A DNA stretch of 64,000 bases from Chlorokybus atmophyticus (taxonomy: Eukaryota > Plantae > Mesostigma and Chlorokybus algae): NCBI GenBank assembly GCA_009103225.1, contig RHPI01002069.1, positions 769,378 to 833,377 on the forward strand. Direction: 5' to 3'. A model generated the notes under the pieces. The model was given only the letters and a program-made list of their open reading frames with translations. It made no database searches and had not been told where the DNA came from. Of the stretch, positions 10,593 through 22,790 are shown in pieces. Both the position numbers and the translations under genes were made by a program. Positions within the stretch are counted from its first letter, which is position 1. The number at the start of each line of letters is the position of its first letter.

Positions 10593-13500
10593 ATGGCGGC
10601 GGCAGTGGCGATGGAGCCGGCTATGACGCTGCGGGCGAGCAGCTGTGGGGAGCTGTTGGGGCTGAGGAGGAGGCTGGCGGAGAGGTGTACGTCGTTGCCA
10701 GGAGTGAGGTCATGGCCGAGAGCTGTGGTAGCTATGGCTGCGAAGAGCGGCGGTAGTGGGAAGACGAGTAGAGGAGGAGGAGGAGGAGGAGGAGGAGGAG
10801 GCGTCAAGGAGAAGAAGCGCAGCAGCAAGCAGGAGAGGACCGACCGTTCGTCTGAGAGGGTGCCGCACAGTCTGCATGTTTGAATAGCAAAGCAGCTTTG
10901 CGAAAATGGATGAGAGAGCGTGTTCACGCTCATGGATTTTCGCAAGGCTGCTTGTCTCATCTACATTAATAATGTCGGGTCTTTCTGTTGCATTGTGGCT
11001 ACAGTGCTTTCGTCACCATCAGGTCACTATACACCAAGAGTAGATGGATGTGTCGTGACAATTGTTGCCTGCCCCTTGCGTATTGCATGCATATGTTAAT
11101 GCTCACATGTTCAACTGTGAACCGAGTATTGTGACGCTGTTATTCGAATAGATGTGGACGTCGCGTCAGCTGCATGCAGCATCACAGGATTGTACAATTG
11201 TCACCTACCTCTTGCATCTCAAGAGTAAAGTTTTTGTTCAAATATTGATGGTGAGGACTGTTGCCAGGGTGCAGCTGTGGAGAAGAACCCCTTGCAAGCT
11301 ATGCGGGAGTTCAGGCTGGATGAGAAGTTGCTTTTTGAGCCTGTGCCTGCGCAAAAGGGTTCTCTCAAATGCATCTACGCGTACCCAAACGAGTATACTG
11401 TGGGCATTTGCAGCCTTGGCTATCAGCTGGTCAGTCCTCATGTTTGCTTGTCGCCAGTAGGGCTTTCCAATAGTCCCCTCAACAAATCATGCCAGTTGCA
11501 TGTTAAGCAATACATGGGAGCGTGGGCGTTCCATCATGCAGGCTTTTGACACGCATCGTCTTGCAGGTGTGGTCGCAGATGGCTGCGAGCCCAGACATAC
11601 ATGTTGCCAGGTTGTTCACCGACGCGCACGAAGACCTGCCGTCCTCTCCTGACCTGCTGGGTTTCTCACTTTCTTGGGAGCTCGATTACGCCAACGTGTT
11701 GAGCCTGCTTGAAAAGGTGAGTGCATGGGATGTGTGCCTACACAAGCATGTGTTGACGATAACCATGCCTTGTATGCAGCTTGGAATCAGCATCTGGTCA
11801 AGAGACAGGCTTCTCAGCGACCCCATCATCTTTGGCGGAGGTGCGGTACGCAATGATCCCCTATCAAGTTTGGTCGATCTCTGCCAAGAAGCTTCTGATG
11901 CTGGAGATGTACATGTGTCACTGGCTGCAGGTTTTCACAGCAAACCCTGAGCCTTATGCGGAGTTCTTTGATGTGATCTTGCTTGGGGATGGCGAGAACC
12001 TTTTGCGCGAGTTCCTACAGGTAAGGTTGACACTCAGCCAGGCGAACTGTCGGTCATATATCGATCACTGTTCTCCACAAATGTTGTCTGCCCTGCAACG
12101 TAGCTGCTGCACTCAACAGCCTGTGACTATGTCTGCAGGCTGTTGAGGCCACAAGGGGTGCCACAGACCGCTTGGAGAGGTTGCAAGCCCTGGCTCAGGT
12201 TTGACAGTATTGGCAGAAGGCTTCCTCTCCACAACAGCTGCCTTAGCTGTTACTTGACTGTTCTGATCTTGTTGGCTTGCAACATTTGCAATTGTCAAAA
12301 CAATGACAGTAACTGAAGCAAGTGCGTGCAGGTGCCTGGTGTTTATGTCCCCATTCTCTATCAGCCTTGCTATGAGTCTGCAGATGGAGAGCTGCTTCGC
12401 GTAGATACTGTCTCTGGTGTGTATGCACACACCCTTGCATGCTTGTTGCAGTTGTGACTACTGCACACTTGTTTGTGATACAGGAGGCTTTCAGACACAT
12501 GTTGATTGTTTCTTGCAGACAATGTGCCTAGCAGAGTGGTCAAACAGACGTACAAAGGGAATGTGTTGGCATCGTCAACAGTGGTTTCTCCTAAGATGGC
12601 ATGGGAGAACATCTACATGGTGGAGGTGAGCTGTTGGCTCGCTCAACAACTCCTTTTGAACGCATCTGCTGATCTTGTTACATGCAATGCTGTATGTTGA
12701 CAGCGTTCAAGCCAAATATCAACGATGGCCCCAATATCGTTGCAAATGCCAGCACTAACTGCCTTACAGGTCGTGCGCAGTTGTCCTGAGATGTGCCGCT
12801 TCTGCCTTGCCAGCTATGTAACTCTGCCTTTCCGTACAGCATCTCTGGAGGCCTCTCTATACCCGTCAATCCACCGAGGATTGGAGGTTGGTCAGTTGGA
12901 TCACATCTTCACCACCGCAAGTATGCTGTTGTTACAGCATGTGTAGGAGGCAAGGAAATAGTGTTGCGGGCTTGTGTTCCAAACAGGTGACAAGTCGCAT
13001 TGGGCTGCTGGGTGCTTCAGTGACGCAGCATCCGGAGTTTGAAAAGCTGCTGTTGTATCTCTGTCAACCACAGTTTGAAGACGTGAGACTAAGGTTAGCT
13101 TTATGTCATGTCTGCAGGATTTTTCCAGGATGAGTTGGAATGTGCTAATGTTGCTGATGTTGCTGCTCTGTGTGCAGCATAGCATCGGTGCGCACAAACA
13201 CTGTGACACCACAGCTGGCGGAAGCCTTGGCGCAGAGGGGCACCAAGTCAATCACCGTTGCAGTAGAGAGCGGGTCAGAGCGAGTGCGAAGGATTGTGAA
13301 CAAAAAGGTGCGCTGTTGTATCTGCTGCTGTCCTCCCTACCTGGAGTTGTCTCTAACATGGATGGCGTGCCAGCTCGCGCAGGATGAGATTATGACTGCG
13401 GCTATCAATGCAGAAGCAGGGGGCCTTGAGGCTCTCAAGTTGTACGGAATGGTTGGTGTTCCTGGCGAGGTAAGTTACAGTTGGTAGATAGTACTGAATG

Positions 13501-14333
13501 CCAAGACAGTTCCCAAAGGCTCATCTGTGACTTCGTGTTTGATTTTGTCTACTTCATTCAGTTTTAACATGTACAGTGACTCAAGTTGTTACCCTTTTGT
13601 TGCACGTTGGTGCTTACTGCAAACGAATGTATGTATTCACAAGAGGGTTTTGGATCAGGAAATGGAGGACGTTGAGCAGACTGTGGAGATGATGAAGGCA
13701 ATAAAAGCAGCAGCACCCAAGCTGCGGCTCACGCTGGGCTGCAGCACTTTTGTGCCCAAGGCAAGGCATACACAAAGTTGCGAGTGACAACATATACGGG
13801 CACAGTTTTGCAACAGCAGCATGATGTTTACTGCAGGCGCACACGCCTTTCCAGTGGTACGGCGTGTCCAAGGATGGCGAGAAGAGGCTGCAGTACCTCG
13901 AGAAGGAGATGCGGCGCATAGGCGTGTCATTCCGACCGGAGAGCTACAAATGGTCACTAATCCAGGCTCTGTTGTCGAGGGGAGACCGCAGGCTGTCAAA
14001 GGTGCTTCTTGCGGTGCGTGGGTTCGGCGACAGCTATGGCAGCTACCGCCGCGCCTTCAAGGAAATGAAAGGGCAGCTTCCGCCCATGGAGCATTACATC
14101 CATGACAATGTACGTGCTTGTGGTAGTCCATTGCGCTCAGTTTTGCCAAGTTATGCGCTTGCGTTTGTACTCAACCCGACACTGGCTTTGAACTTGCGCA
14201 GTGGAAGCCTGGAGCCACAATTTTGCCCTGGTCGCATCTGCAAGGCGCCCTGCCGGAGCAGACTCTTGTGAAGCATCAGGAGGAGGCTACGCAGTACATG
14301 GGTGTCGCAAGCCAGCCCACCATGGTGCCCTAG
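10593..14333 (+). CDS. Plastid-targeted radical SAM protein with an N-terminal B12-binding-like domain, cyanobacterial type, multi-exon
   Basis: Exon 1 (10584/10593-10859) encodes a transit-peptide-like MAAAVAMEPAMTLRASSCGELLGLRRR...RAVVAMAAK and ends at a phase-0 GT donor. CxxxCxxC motif RSCPEMCRFC at about 12777-12806. Further motifs YPNEYTVGICSLGYQ, GFSLSWELDY, GGG.VFTANPEPYAEFFDVILLGDGE, AVESGSERVRRIVNKK and FVPKAHTPFQW. Stop TAG at 14331-14333. Confidence 0.85.
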
Positions 14334-14790
14334 TGCTTCTGCAGGATGGCCAGCATAGTCTGTAGAGTTCTACATGTCAGTTGTTCCTGGTAGTGAGGGA
14401 TAGCTTCCAAGACCGTCAATAAATGGAGTCGCATGTTGTGAGCGCCCAAAGTCAGCTGTTGCGCATCGCAAGTGGTGGCTGGGCAAGGTTGTTGCCAGGT
14501 CAGCAACAGCATTGGCACTGGATGCCAGACACTCAGAGCACAGCCCAAAACATTGAAATGAGAACACAAGAACACAACATAATCTAAGGTAAAAGGTGAG
14601 CGAAGCAACCAAGCGCAATGCATCTCCGCTGCTGCCAACAATTACCACGCACAGCGCGACACTGGTGGGGTAGCTGTGAAGTTAGTGTTGCATGGTGGTA
14701 ACAATGTTGAGCTGTGACATGTGCGTATATAGCAGCAGATATTGATGTAAGCAATCGCGAAGCATGTCTACTATGTGTGCTAAGCATCTA

Positions 14791-15234
14791 CAGTCTATCC
14801 CCGCTATTAACATATCCGCCGATGGAATTTCCTCATTGTGAGACTGAAACCTCGGGGACCCGATGTCCGCCCCGCTAAACAGCATCGGGTGTATGAACAG
14901 TCTTACCCGCGTAGGGAATCTTAGATTACATGTCAACTTCCACTTCATTGTGCCCACAACAAGAGGAAATAACGACGTTATATATACATAAGTGTGTTAT
15001 GTTATATGTTTTGTACATATCCTGTTGTATATGTGATGTATAAATACGTATACTATATGATGCATAGCGATTTTGTTACATGGACATATATGTATGACTC
15101 ATTTCCTTCAGCATGTATAATTATGCCTATATGCGCTTTAAGACTAGGCAGTCTTGTAACGACCAATGATATGCACTCGCCATAAGACTCGAAACCTTGA
15201 TGATAGATGGTATTCTTATAGTGGGGGTAGACTG
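14791..15234. mobile_element. Candidate 444-bp MITE with pogo/Tc1-mariner-like CAGT...ACTG termini
   Basis: Left CAGTCTATCCCCGCTAT versus reverse complement of right CAGTCTACCCCCACTAT: 15/17 match, with weaker similarity to about 25 bp. TA on the left flank, CA on the right. AT-rich non-coding interior. Confidence 0.6.
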
Positions 15235-15442
15235 CATTGCATGCCTAGAGTAGTGCTTTGGACTTTTGTACCCACTGGCACAGTACATACTAATTGCGCA
15301 CAGCCAATGGTCTTGATGTACCTCGCCTAGGGTCCAACCTGACTTTGTGAAGTGTAGTGTACAAAAGATGCAAGGCACAACTCATGCGCGCAAATCTATG
15401 TGAACACACCATGCCACAAGCACATCACAACCACTTACCAAA

Positions 15443-15551
15443 TTGACCACCGGGCCAAGGCATGCGCTTGCATGCTTGCTACCTACTACCCCTATCACTG
15501 CTGCCCCCCCTGTTAGACATGCATGTATGCATCGCAGTTGTAGTTACCTGC
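15443..15551. repeat. Degenerate dispersed repeat, copy 1 (related to 58455-58543)
   Basis: Shared collinear blocks TTGACCACCGGGC, GTTAGACATGCA, CGCAGTTG, ACCTGC. Confidence 0.65.
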
Positions 15552-15755
15552 ACCAGCGCAACACATACTTCAAGTTTGCACCCACCTAATCAACTTGTAT
15601 GTGCCAAGCTGTCCACATCCACGAAAGTGAGAACCAGCCAGCCAAAGATCAGAGACAATGGTGTGGAATGAATCACCCAAGGTGGACCAGTAAGGCAGTG
15701 TCTGTGCTCTAGTATTGAGATGTATATGATATCCGCATATGAGTCATGTCCCCAA

Positions 15756-16994
15756 CTACTGCTCAGCCTGCTGCTTCGCCTTTATCCGATCAAAGACGTG
15801 CGAACCAAGCAAACCAGCCAGGCCAACCCCCAGAATTGTGCCCAGGATAGGCTGTTCACCCGTGATGCCAATGTACTGCGCACACAGACACAACCTTAAC
15901 CACCTTTCGCATCTACCACCAAAGTGTGCACAGTGGTTTTCACCGTAAACGCACATACTTGGCAATCAGTGAGTGCATTATAAAACATGCAATGAGAAGT
16001 CTCAGTAGACTTGCTCGTGTGCTGAAGATTTCCAATAAGTGTGCACGTTTCACTTACCGAAATGGCGGTCCTTCCAGTCAGCCCCTCCAGAGCCAACACG
16101 CCGGTGACGGCCAGCATCACAGCTCTCCCAACCCATGTCTCAGCGGACCCCCCGCAGACAACTGGCGCAACTGCTCGTGCACTGCGGGTGACCACTACGG
16201 ACCTCTGCAATGAGACCCTGACTGGCGCTGTGTGAAGAGCGATTCATCAGCAATGGTTGGGAAAGCACTGTGACCAACATGATGCTAGTCTGAGGGCTCA
16301 TGGCATCAACTTCGCGTGTTGTGACTTTGGCCTCACCAATGGTTTTCCCTGTGACCCTAACGGATGAGGCCGACCTAGAGTTCACAGATACGGGGCAAAA
16401 ACATGTTGCTCAGGTCAAAACGCATGGCGCAAACATGGCAGGTCAAAGCAGCATCAATCCATGCACTAGGCGATAGGAGCAGTGCCAATCTATACTGCCA
16501 TGTGCTACTATGTAACACTACTTGTTAGCCCTCTCCTGTATGACAATATGTGCATGCATTGCCTGACTACTTGCAAATGTCACGTCATCAGCTATTTTTT
16601 TTTTTTGGTGTTACATGAGCAAGAATACACAGGTGCCAACCGGCAGGTCAAGTGCTTGGGCTGGACCTTCCACGCAACTCAAGAAGAAAGAAAGCGATCA
16701 ATGCCGCTGGCTTGTACTTGAAATCTGGTATGCTTTCAACAGGTCTCAAGAGCGTACAGCTACATGCAGAACCTGAAGCTGACAAACGCTTGCAGACCAG
16801 CAGAAAAACACAGGCGTTGCAACAATACGCCACCGAACCAGTGCAGCAGAGCCGCTCCACCATCCCTCACCTCCAAGAAATGCAGGCCGCAAAGAAGCGA
16901 CAGAAGGCCTCGGCTTTTGCGCAGACGCGACGGCCCTGCTGCTGCGCTGCGATGCCCGCACAGCTCCGACGCAAGACACTGCCACCGCCGCCAT
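15756..16994 (-). CDS. Two-helix LHC-like protein (SEP/Lil type) with plastid transit peptide
   Basis: Exon 16994-16871 (MAAVAVSCVGAVRASQR...PAFLG) is phase-compatible with an exon from about 16228 to 16058 (APVRVSLQRSVVVTRSARAVAPVVC..ETWVGRAVMLAVTGVLALEGLTG). Last exon 15875-15756 encodes a second hydrophobic helix. The ExxxGRxxM chlorophyll-binding-type motif is present. Optional micro-exons between are unresolved. Confidence 0.7.
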
Positions 16995-17217
16995 CGCCTC
17001 CGTCGCCGCCGCACACACCACGCGCACACGCTAGGGTTTATCCACAATCCGCAGCAGAACAGACTTTGGTACAGAAGAATTCATTGATGTAAGAGCTGAG
17101 ACCAAGCCCTGTGTGTGCATGCTGTTCGTGCTTGTGCTGAGCATGGCGCTGTTGTTGGCTGCCGCCTAGTGCGACTGTGCATTTTCATGTAGCGTGCCAC
17201 CATGCAGCGTAGGCTTA

Positions 17218-20200
17218 TGCTGCGGATGACGGAAACCATGTCGTTGATGATGTTGGTCTCTGCTGCTTCGGCGCAGCCGAGCCCAACACTTGCTGCTGCT
17301 GCTGCTGCTGGGCAGTTCAAGTCACTTAAGCTGCTGAAGGAAGAGTGAGTGCCTTTGCATGCTTGCTCGCTGCCATGTGCGTGCTGTGCATTGCCGTCTG
17401 CTGCATGGCATTGTACCAAGAAGTAACGGCTGTCAGCTGCGTCAACCAGAGATCGGTCACTTTGTGTTGTTAGCAAGATTGCATTTCCGACTGACATTGT
17501 ACGCCCGTGCTCGACAATTGCTTCATTGCACACCCCTGCGCGCAACCTTAGTAGCATGTGCACTTGATGGACCTGACATGCAAAGCGTGTCTTCCTGCTT
17601 CGCTCAGATTCGTTAGCGGCTTGTCCGGAACTACACTTTGGGAGATTTCAGAAGTCATTTCCATTGCAGCGGTAAGCAAGCTCATTGCTGCACCCATAAC
17701 ACAGCAAACCCAACGTGCAGAGCACTCGACAAGCCAACCATTTCGCTTTGCCACTTCTTGTATTACCCCTTCTTGCTGCAGGTCGCGGTGCTGTTTCGCA
17801 ACACACTGGTGCAATACATCAGTCGAGGTGCTTTGCAACCTTGTGTATGTTTTCCATCTGTGTATGACACGGCGAAACACTGTTGACACTGATGGGGTTG
17901 TCCCTGACCTTGAGCACGTATGTTGTAGTGTTGAAGAAGCCAGTCAGCGTGGACTCGTGGGGATGCGTCGTGCTCGACTCGCTGCTCATCTTGCTGCCAA
18001 TGCTGCTCAGCATGACGGTACGCAACACATGATGAATGCGCTGTGCGTGGCTCACCTGCTCGACTGCGCTGGTCAGGTTTTGACCTTGCAAGTATGTCAC
18101 TCCTACTGCAGGTGACTGAGCTTACACGTCCACTACTGCTGCTCATGATGGCGGGGTCCACCGCCATGTTGGCTGTGGCATACTGGTAAGAGTGACACTT
18201 GTTGTGTGTGCATGCACGTTGAGCTCTTCGAGTGTTGCATCTCGATGGCATATGGCCAGTCGTGTTTATGCCGTGCTGGGCAGGAAAGGCACGAACCTCT
18301 TGCGCCCAAGCGCAGAAGCCCGTGCATTGCTCGCGTCACCATACAAGAACTTCATGACGCTGTACCGTGGCGCCATGGTCAGTCTATCAGGAACAACTGC
18401 TGCTGCTGCTGCTGAAGGTCATGTTTTGCTACTTCATTTTCTATGCCCTGCTCCAAACAGATGCTTAACACGTGCATCGCGATCCTGGCTGTGGACTTCC
18501 ACGTATTTCCTCGCCGGTTTGCCAAGGCAGAGACTTATGGCACAGGTCTGGTATGTTATAACGCTGTAACAGTGGCTGGCATTATTGGAGAGTCTTCTCA
18601 ACAGTCAGACATCCTGCATGTTGTGTGTTATAGGCAGTGTATATGCTGGTTGTGACTTTGTCCTTGTAAACAGATGGATGTGGGCGTGGGCTCCTTCGTG
18701 CTAGCTGGCGCTATCACATCTAGAGAGGCGCGCAACCTGCCTCCCGTGTGAGTAAGCAACCACATGCCGCCAACACCAGCTTTTTAGCGCGTATAGCATT
18801 ACTTTATCGACCATTGTCTGTTGTACGTTGCACGCGCACAGCAGCGAAGAAGTGACACTCTTCGTGAACAGGAAGCGGACTGCTGCACTGCAATCCGTGC
18901 TTCCCCTGCTCGCACTTGGGCTCGTGCGCCTGATTATGACCAAAGGAGTGGACTATCAGGTGCCTGGCTGTACAACGATTGGGACCACACCACATGTTGC
19001 TTTATCTTGACCCAACTGTTGGTCAGGAGCATGTGACGGAGTACGGCGTGCACTGGAACTTCTTCTTCACGCTCGCGGCCGTGTCTCTGCTCACCGCCGT
19101 GCTGAGGTTCCCCTCTGCTGTGTGCGGCGCCGCTGGTGTGGTCCTCCTCGCAGGCATGCGCCACTCACGAATGTTGATGTGTTTGACCCCCCCATGTTGA
19201 TGTGTTTGACCCTCCCATGTTGCTGTGATGAGTGAGCTTGCATTAATGCGCAGTGCATCAATTTGTCCTCTCGGGCACTTTTCTCGGCGAGTATCTGATG
19301 TCAGCTGAGCGTGGCCAAAGTATATGGAGCAAAAACAAAGAAGGCATTGGCAGCGCTCTGGGTTGGCTTGCACTCTCTTGCAGCTTGTATTGATCGCACG
19401 CTGCGTGCAAGGAGTGCAGTACTGGCTCACAGCATTGTTGTGCTCTTCTGTTGTCGTTACCACAGGTTACTGGGCGTTGTATCTGGTATCAGTGCACTTA
19501 GGGAGGTTTTTATTCACGTCGTCAGCACAGGCAGGTAAGGATGGCGGTAATCATCCGTCTGAGAACGCATCAACAGGCAGCTGGTGGTTGTGGCTTTGCA
19601 AACTTTGGCTACTGGACGCTTGTTTCTGGTGAGGAATACAGCTGTTTGTATCTGTGTGATGCATAGACAGCTGTGCATGCTATGCACCCCCTAGTATTTA
19701 ACACCGTTTTGGCTGCAGGCTGGCGCTGTTGCTCGCGAGGCAAAGCATAGAACCCGTGTCTCGCCGCACGGTATGCCGGTGGAAGTCACAACAATGACGC
19801 CAACTTGCCAAAAGCATGCGAACATGCTCTGACACTACTTGCTTGTGCATGTGTACGCAGTGCAACCTTTCTTACGTCCTCTGGATACTCGCCTTCAACA
19901 CGCAGGTGCGCATGACAGGAATGATGATGCTTCATTGTGGGTATAAGCAAGGCGTCTGTATTGAAGTTGTGCATATTGCGCAGCTCCTTGCCAGCTTTGC
20001 AACTGTGGACGTGTTGCTGGGGCCAATGTCGGTTCGTGTACTCAAGGCTATCAACGACAACCAGCTCTTTGTGTTTCTTTCGGTAAACCACTCACAAGTT
20101 GTCGTCTCCATGCAATTGTCAATGAATGTATGAGACAAAAAAATCTGAGTCGGTGCTTGTTTGCACTCTATGCAGGCCAATGTGCTCACCGGACTGGTCA

Positions 20201-20331
20201 ACATGGCGGTCGATACGCTCGCGGCGCCTGAGACAGCTGCGCTCCTCATACTAGGTGCTTATATAGCTGTCATTGTTGCGGGCGCGCTGTGGCGAACACG
20301 TAACAAGGGTGCTGCACTCAAGTCCAGCTGA
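17218..20331 (+). CDS. PIGW: GPI inositol acyltransferase PIG-W/GWT1, multi-exon
   Basis: KLLKEE|[38 protein letters not shown]|[15 protein letters not shown]|[28 protein letters not shown]|YW, EPVSRR|.[18 protein letters not shown]|.ANVLTGLVN. Stop TGA at 20329-20331. The start codon is approximate. Confidence 0.93.
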
Positions 20332-20824
20332 CGTGCTGCGCGTGTGGCATGTAGTGCAGAGGTTGGATTTTTCAAGCCATATCTTTGCTGCTGTTCTGGA
20401 TCCTTGCCATCGATGGAAAAAGCAGATTCTTGCGCCATGAGTTAGAATTTGTCGCTAGCTTTGGTTTTGATAAACTGTGCTCGTCACCAAAACAGCCTGC
20501 ACATGCAAACGCGCGCGCGTGTGCATGCGCAAAACATCCCAGTGTTCACCACATCTTGTAACCTCACGTCCCGGCGAACCCCACATCACCGCAGTGCACA
20601 AACTTCTTCACACAGCAGAACAAACCGTCTAAGCCAGCAATAAACACGCTCCATCACCGCCACCACCTTACCACCCACTCAGTATCTTCTCTCTGAGCGA
20701 AACTCCACACGGCCCGGGGACACACCGGACCTCAGTTTTGAACGAACGACTCGAACCGACTTCGTGGACGAAAGACTTGGCGCCAAACAAACGGCACACA
20801 GACACACGGGCGGACATTCCTCTC

Positions 20825-20857
<33 letters not shown>

Positions 20858-20985
20858 TGTTGCCTGGCGAAGCCGACAGAAGGAAGGTAGGCCTGTTTGA
20901 GGAAGAGAAGGCTGTGCCTGTGAGTGGGGGAATGGAGGCGAGGAGTAGCTAGGAGGAGTTGCGGACTTGGACTCAGCCGAGCAGT

Positions 20986-22126
20986 ATGGCTGTGGGCGGG
21001 GGCGGCGGCGGGGGAGAGGAGGAGCTGCCGCGCAGCATCGTGCGAAGGATAGTGCGTTCGAGGCTGGCGGCCGGCTCGGGCTTGCAGAAGGACGCACTGA
21101 CGGCGCTCTCGCACTCGGCGCTCGTCTTCGTCCACCTACTCACAGCCACGTAAGAAAGAAACAGACGGAAAGCCACACACAACAGCGCTTTGGGAAACTT
21201 GTTTTTGTGACTGTGGTAATCAATCTCACCTACATCAACACGCTGTACCCTGAGACACACAACAATGTATGAATATATTACTAGCACTGTATGCCCGGGT
21301 ACAGTTATAAATCACGCACTACGCAAGCGAGCGTTTTTCCTGCATGGGACCTTTGTCCTTGTTTGGCGCCCATACACTGCCATTCTAAGGGAAAAACAGT
21401 GGTAATGCTACAGTCACCACCACTGCATTGTCAACACTAGCACGGCCTCATCACATTTGCATGCACTCGGTACTGTGGTGAAGTGTTGCAAGACGACTCC
21501 ATGGCACACACTTGACTTGCTGCGTGCTTGCAGAGCGAACGACATCTGCCAGGAGTCCAAGCGGCAGACGCTCAACGCAGACGACGTGCTGAAGGCCGTA
21601 GCCGAGCTGGATTTCCCCGAACTCATTCCTCCCTTGAAAGCCTCCCTGGAAGGTGTGAGCTGGTGTTTTTCCAACAACCAATGTGCAGTCACTCAGTGCC
21701 CGCGAAAATGTACACGCAGTGGGCACGCTCTCATACGCACGCTCACACACATGTGCGCATGCACTCACACCTGCGTGCATGCGTGCAACCAACGCAGACA
21801 CATATATACGTTATATCGCTGTTGCAGAGTTCCGGCGGCACGCTGCCAACAAGAAGGCGGAAGCAGGGAAGAAGCGTAAAGCTGGCGCGGGGCCTGCGGA
21901 GGAGGCCGAAGCCGACGCCGACGCTGAGGTTGAGGGAGGGGACAGGGAAGAGGAGCATGCGGATGGTGGGGGTGATGAGCCAGTAGAGCGCAGAGATGAT
22001 GAGGATGAGGAGGCGATAGAGGAGGCCAAGGTGGACGTGGAGGTGGATGCAGATGAAAATGGGGAGGAGGGGGAGGGGAATGATGGTGGAGATCGGGTTG
22101 GGTCTGAACAGCAGGAGTCTGAGTAA
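20986..22126 (+). CDS. POLE3: Histone-fold protein, DNA polymerase epsilon subunit 3 / DPB4 / CHRAC17, with acidic tail
   Basis: ELPRSIVRRIVR...LQKDALTALSHSALVFVHLLTAT|ANDIC.ESKRQTLNADDVLKAVAELDFPEL..PLKASLE followed by a D/E-rich C-terminus; three exons. Confidence 0.85.
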
Positions 22127-22361
22127 GGAGCATACATGTGCATGTGCATTTTGTAAAATCAAAACAGAGCTGTGTGCAGCACTCTCGAGGGGGGCAGCAG
22201 GCATAACAGGCGCACAAGTACAACACCGAAGTGGTTGTGCTTGATAGCAAAAATGTGACAAAGTACTCAGTGAATAAAATTGGTCACTATTGCAGAAATG
22301 AGTATCAGCTGCTGTCATTCATCACAGCTGATAACCTCATGTGCAATGAAATCGGTTGCTT

Positions 22362-22414
22362 GGTTGGTAGAGAGCTCCGCTTGTAACGGTTACAAGCGGA
22401 GCTCTCTACCAACC
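22362..22414. repeat. Perfect 26-bp palindrome with 1-nt spacer
   Basis: GGTTGGTAGAGAGCTCCGCTTGTAAC-g-GTTACAAGCGGAGCTCTCTACCAACC. Confidence 0.95.
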
Positions 22415-22790
22415 TCTGACACAGTTGTACATGGGTGCTCTGCGGGGGCAGTACTCCATACCTATCCATGCGCATCACCGCACACATTGCCCGTTCACAC
22501 GCTGTCACATGCATACACTTTGCCGCACGATTACAGAACGAGCCTCGCACCGCACACCCACAACCTCATGTCACACAAGCACACTCCGGCAGCCAGGGAC
22601 ACCTCGCGCTGCACACGCACGCATGCATGATTTACAATAGCACATGTGCATAGTCGAGAACACTTCACCGCGATTGCAGGGCACAGGGCAGGGGCAGACG
22701 GCGCAGCTCTTCTACGCAGCACAGCTTCGGGTATGGGCACTGTTACAACTCCCCTTGTCAACTCAGTTCACTACTGGTTCTACTAGGCCT

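Noticed and set aside
9074-14333. Lipoate ligase next to a radical SAM gene read as a lipoate biosynthesis cluster (LplA + LipA)
   Set aside because: The radical SAM protein lacks the LipA auxiliary CX4CX5C motif and other LipA signatures; its motifs belong to a different family.
20740-20800. GGTTCGAGTC B-box-like motif on the minus strand
   Set aside because: No acceptor or anticodon stems; an isolated 10-mer is expected by chance.
20668-22318. Long minus-strand ORFs overlapping POLE3, and similar antisense ORFs over the AK-like gene and PWD
   Set aside because: Shadow ORFs of GC-rich or low-complexity coding sequence on the opposite strand.
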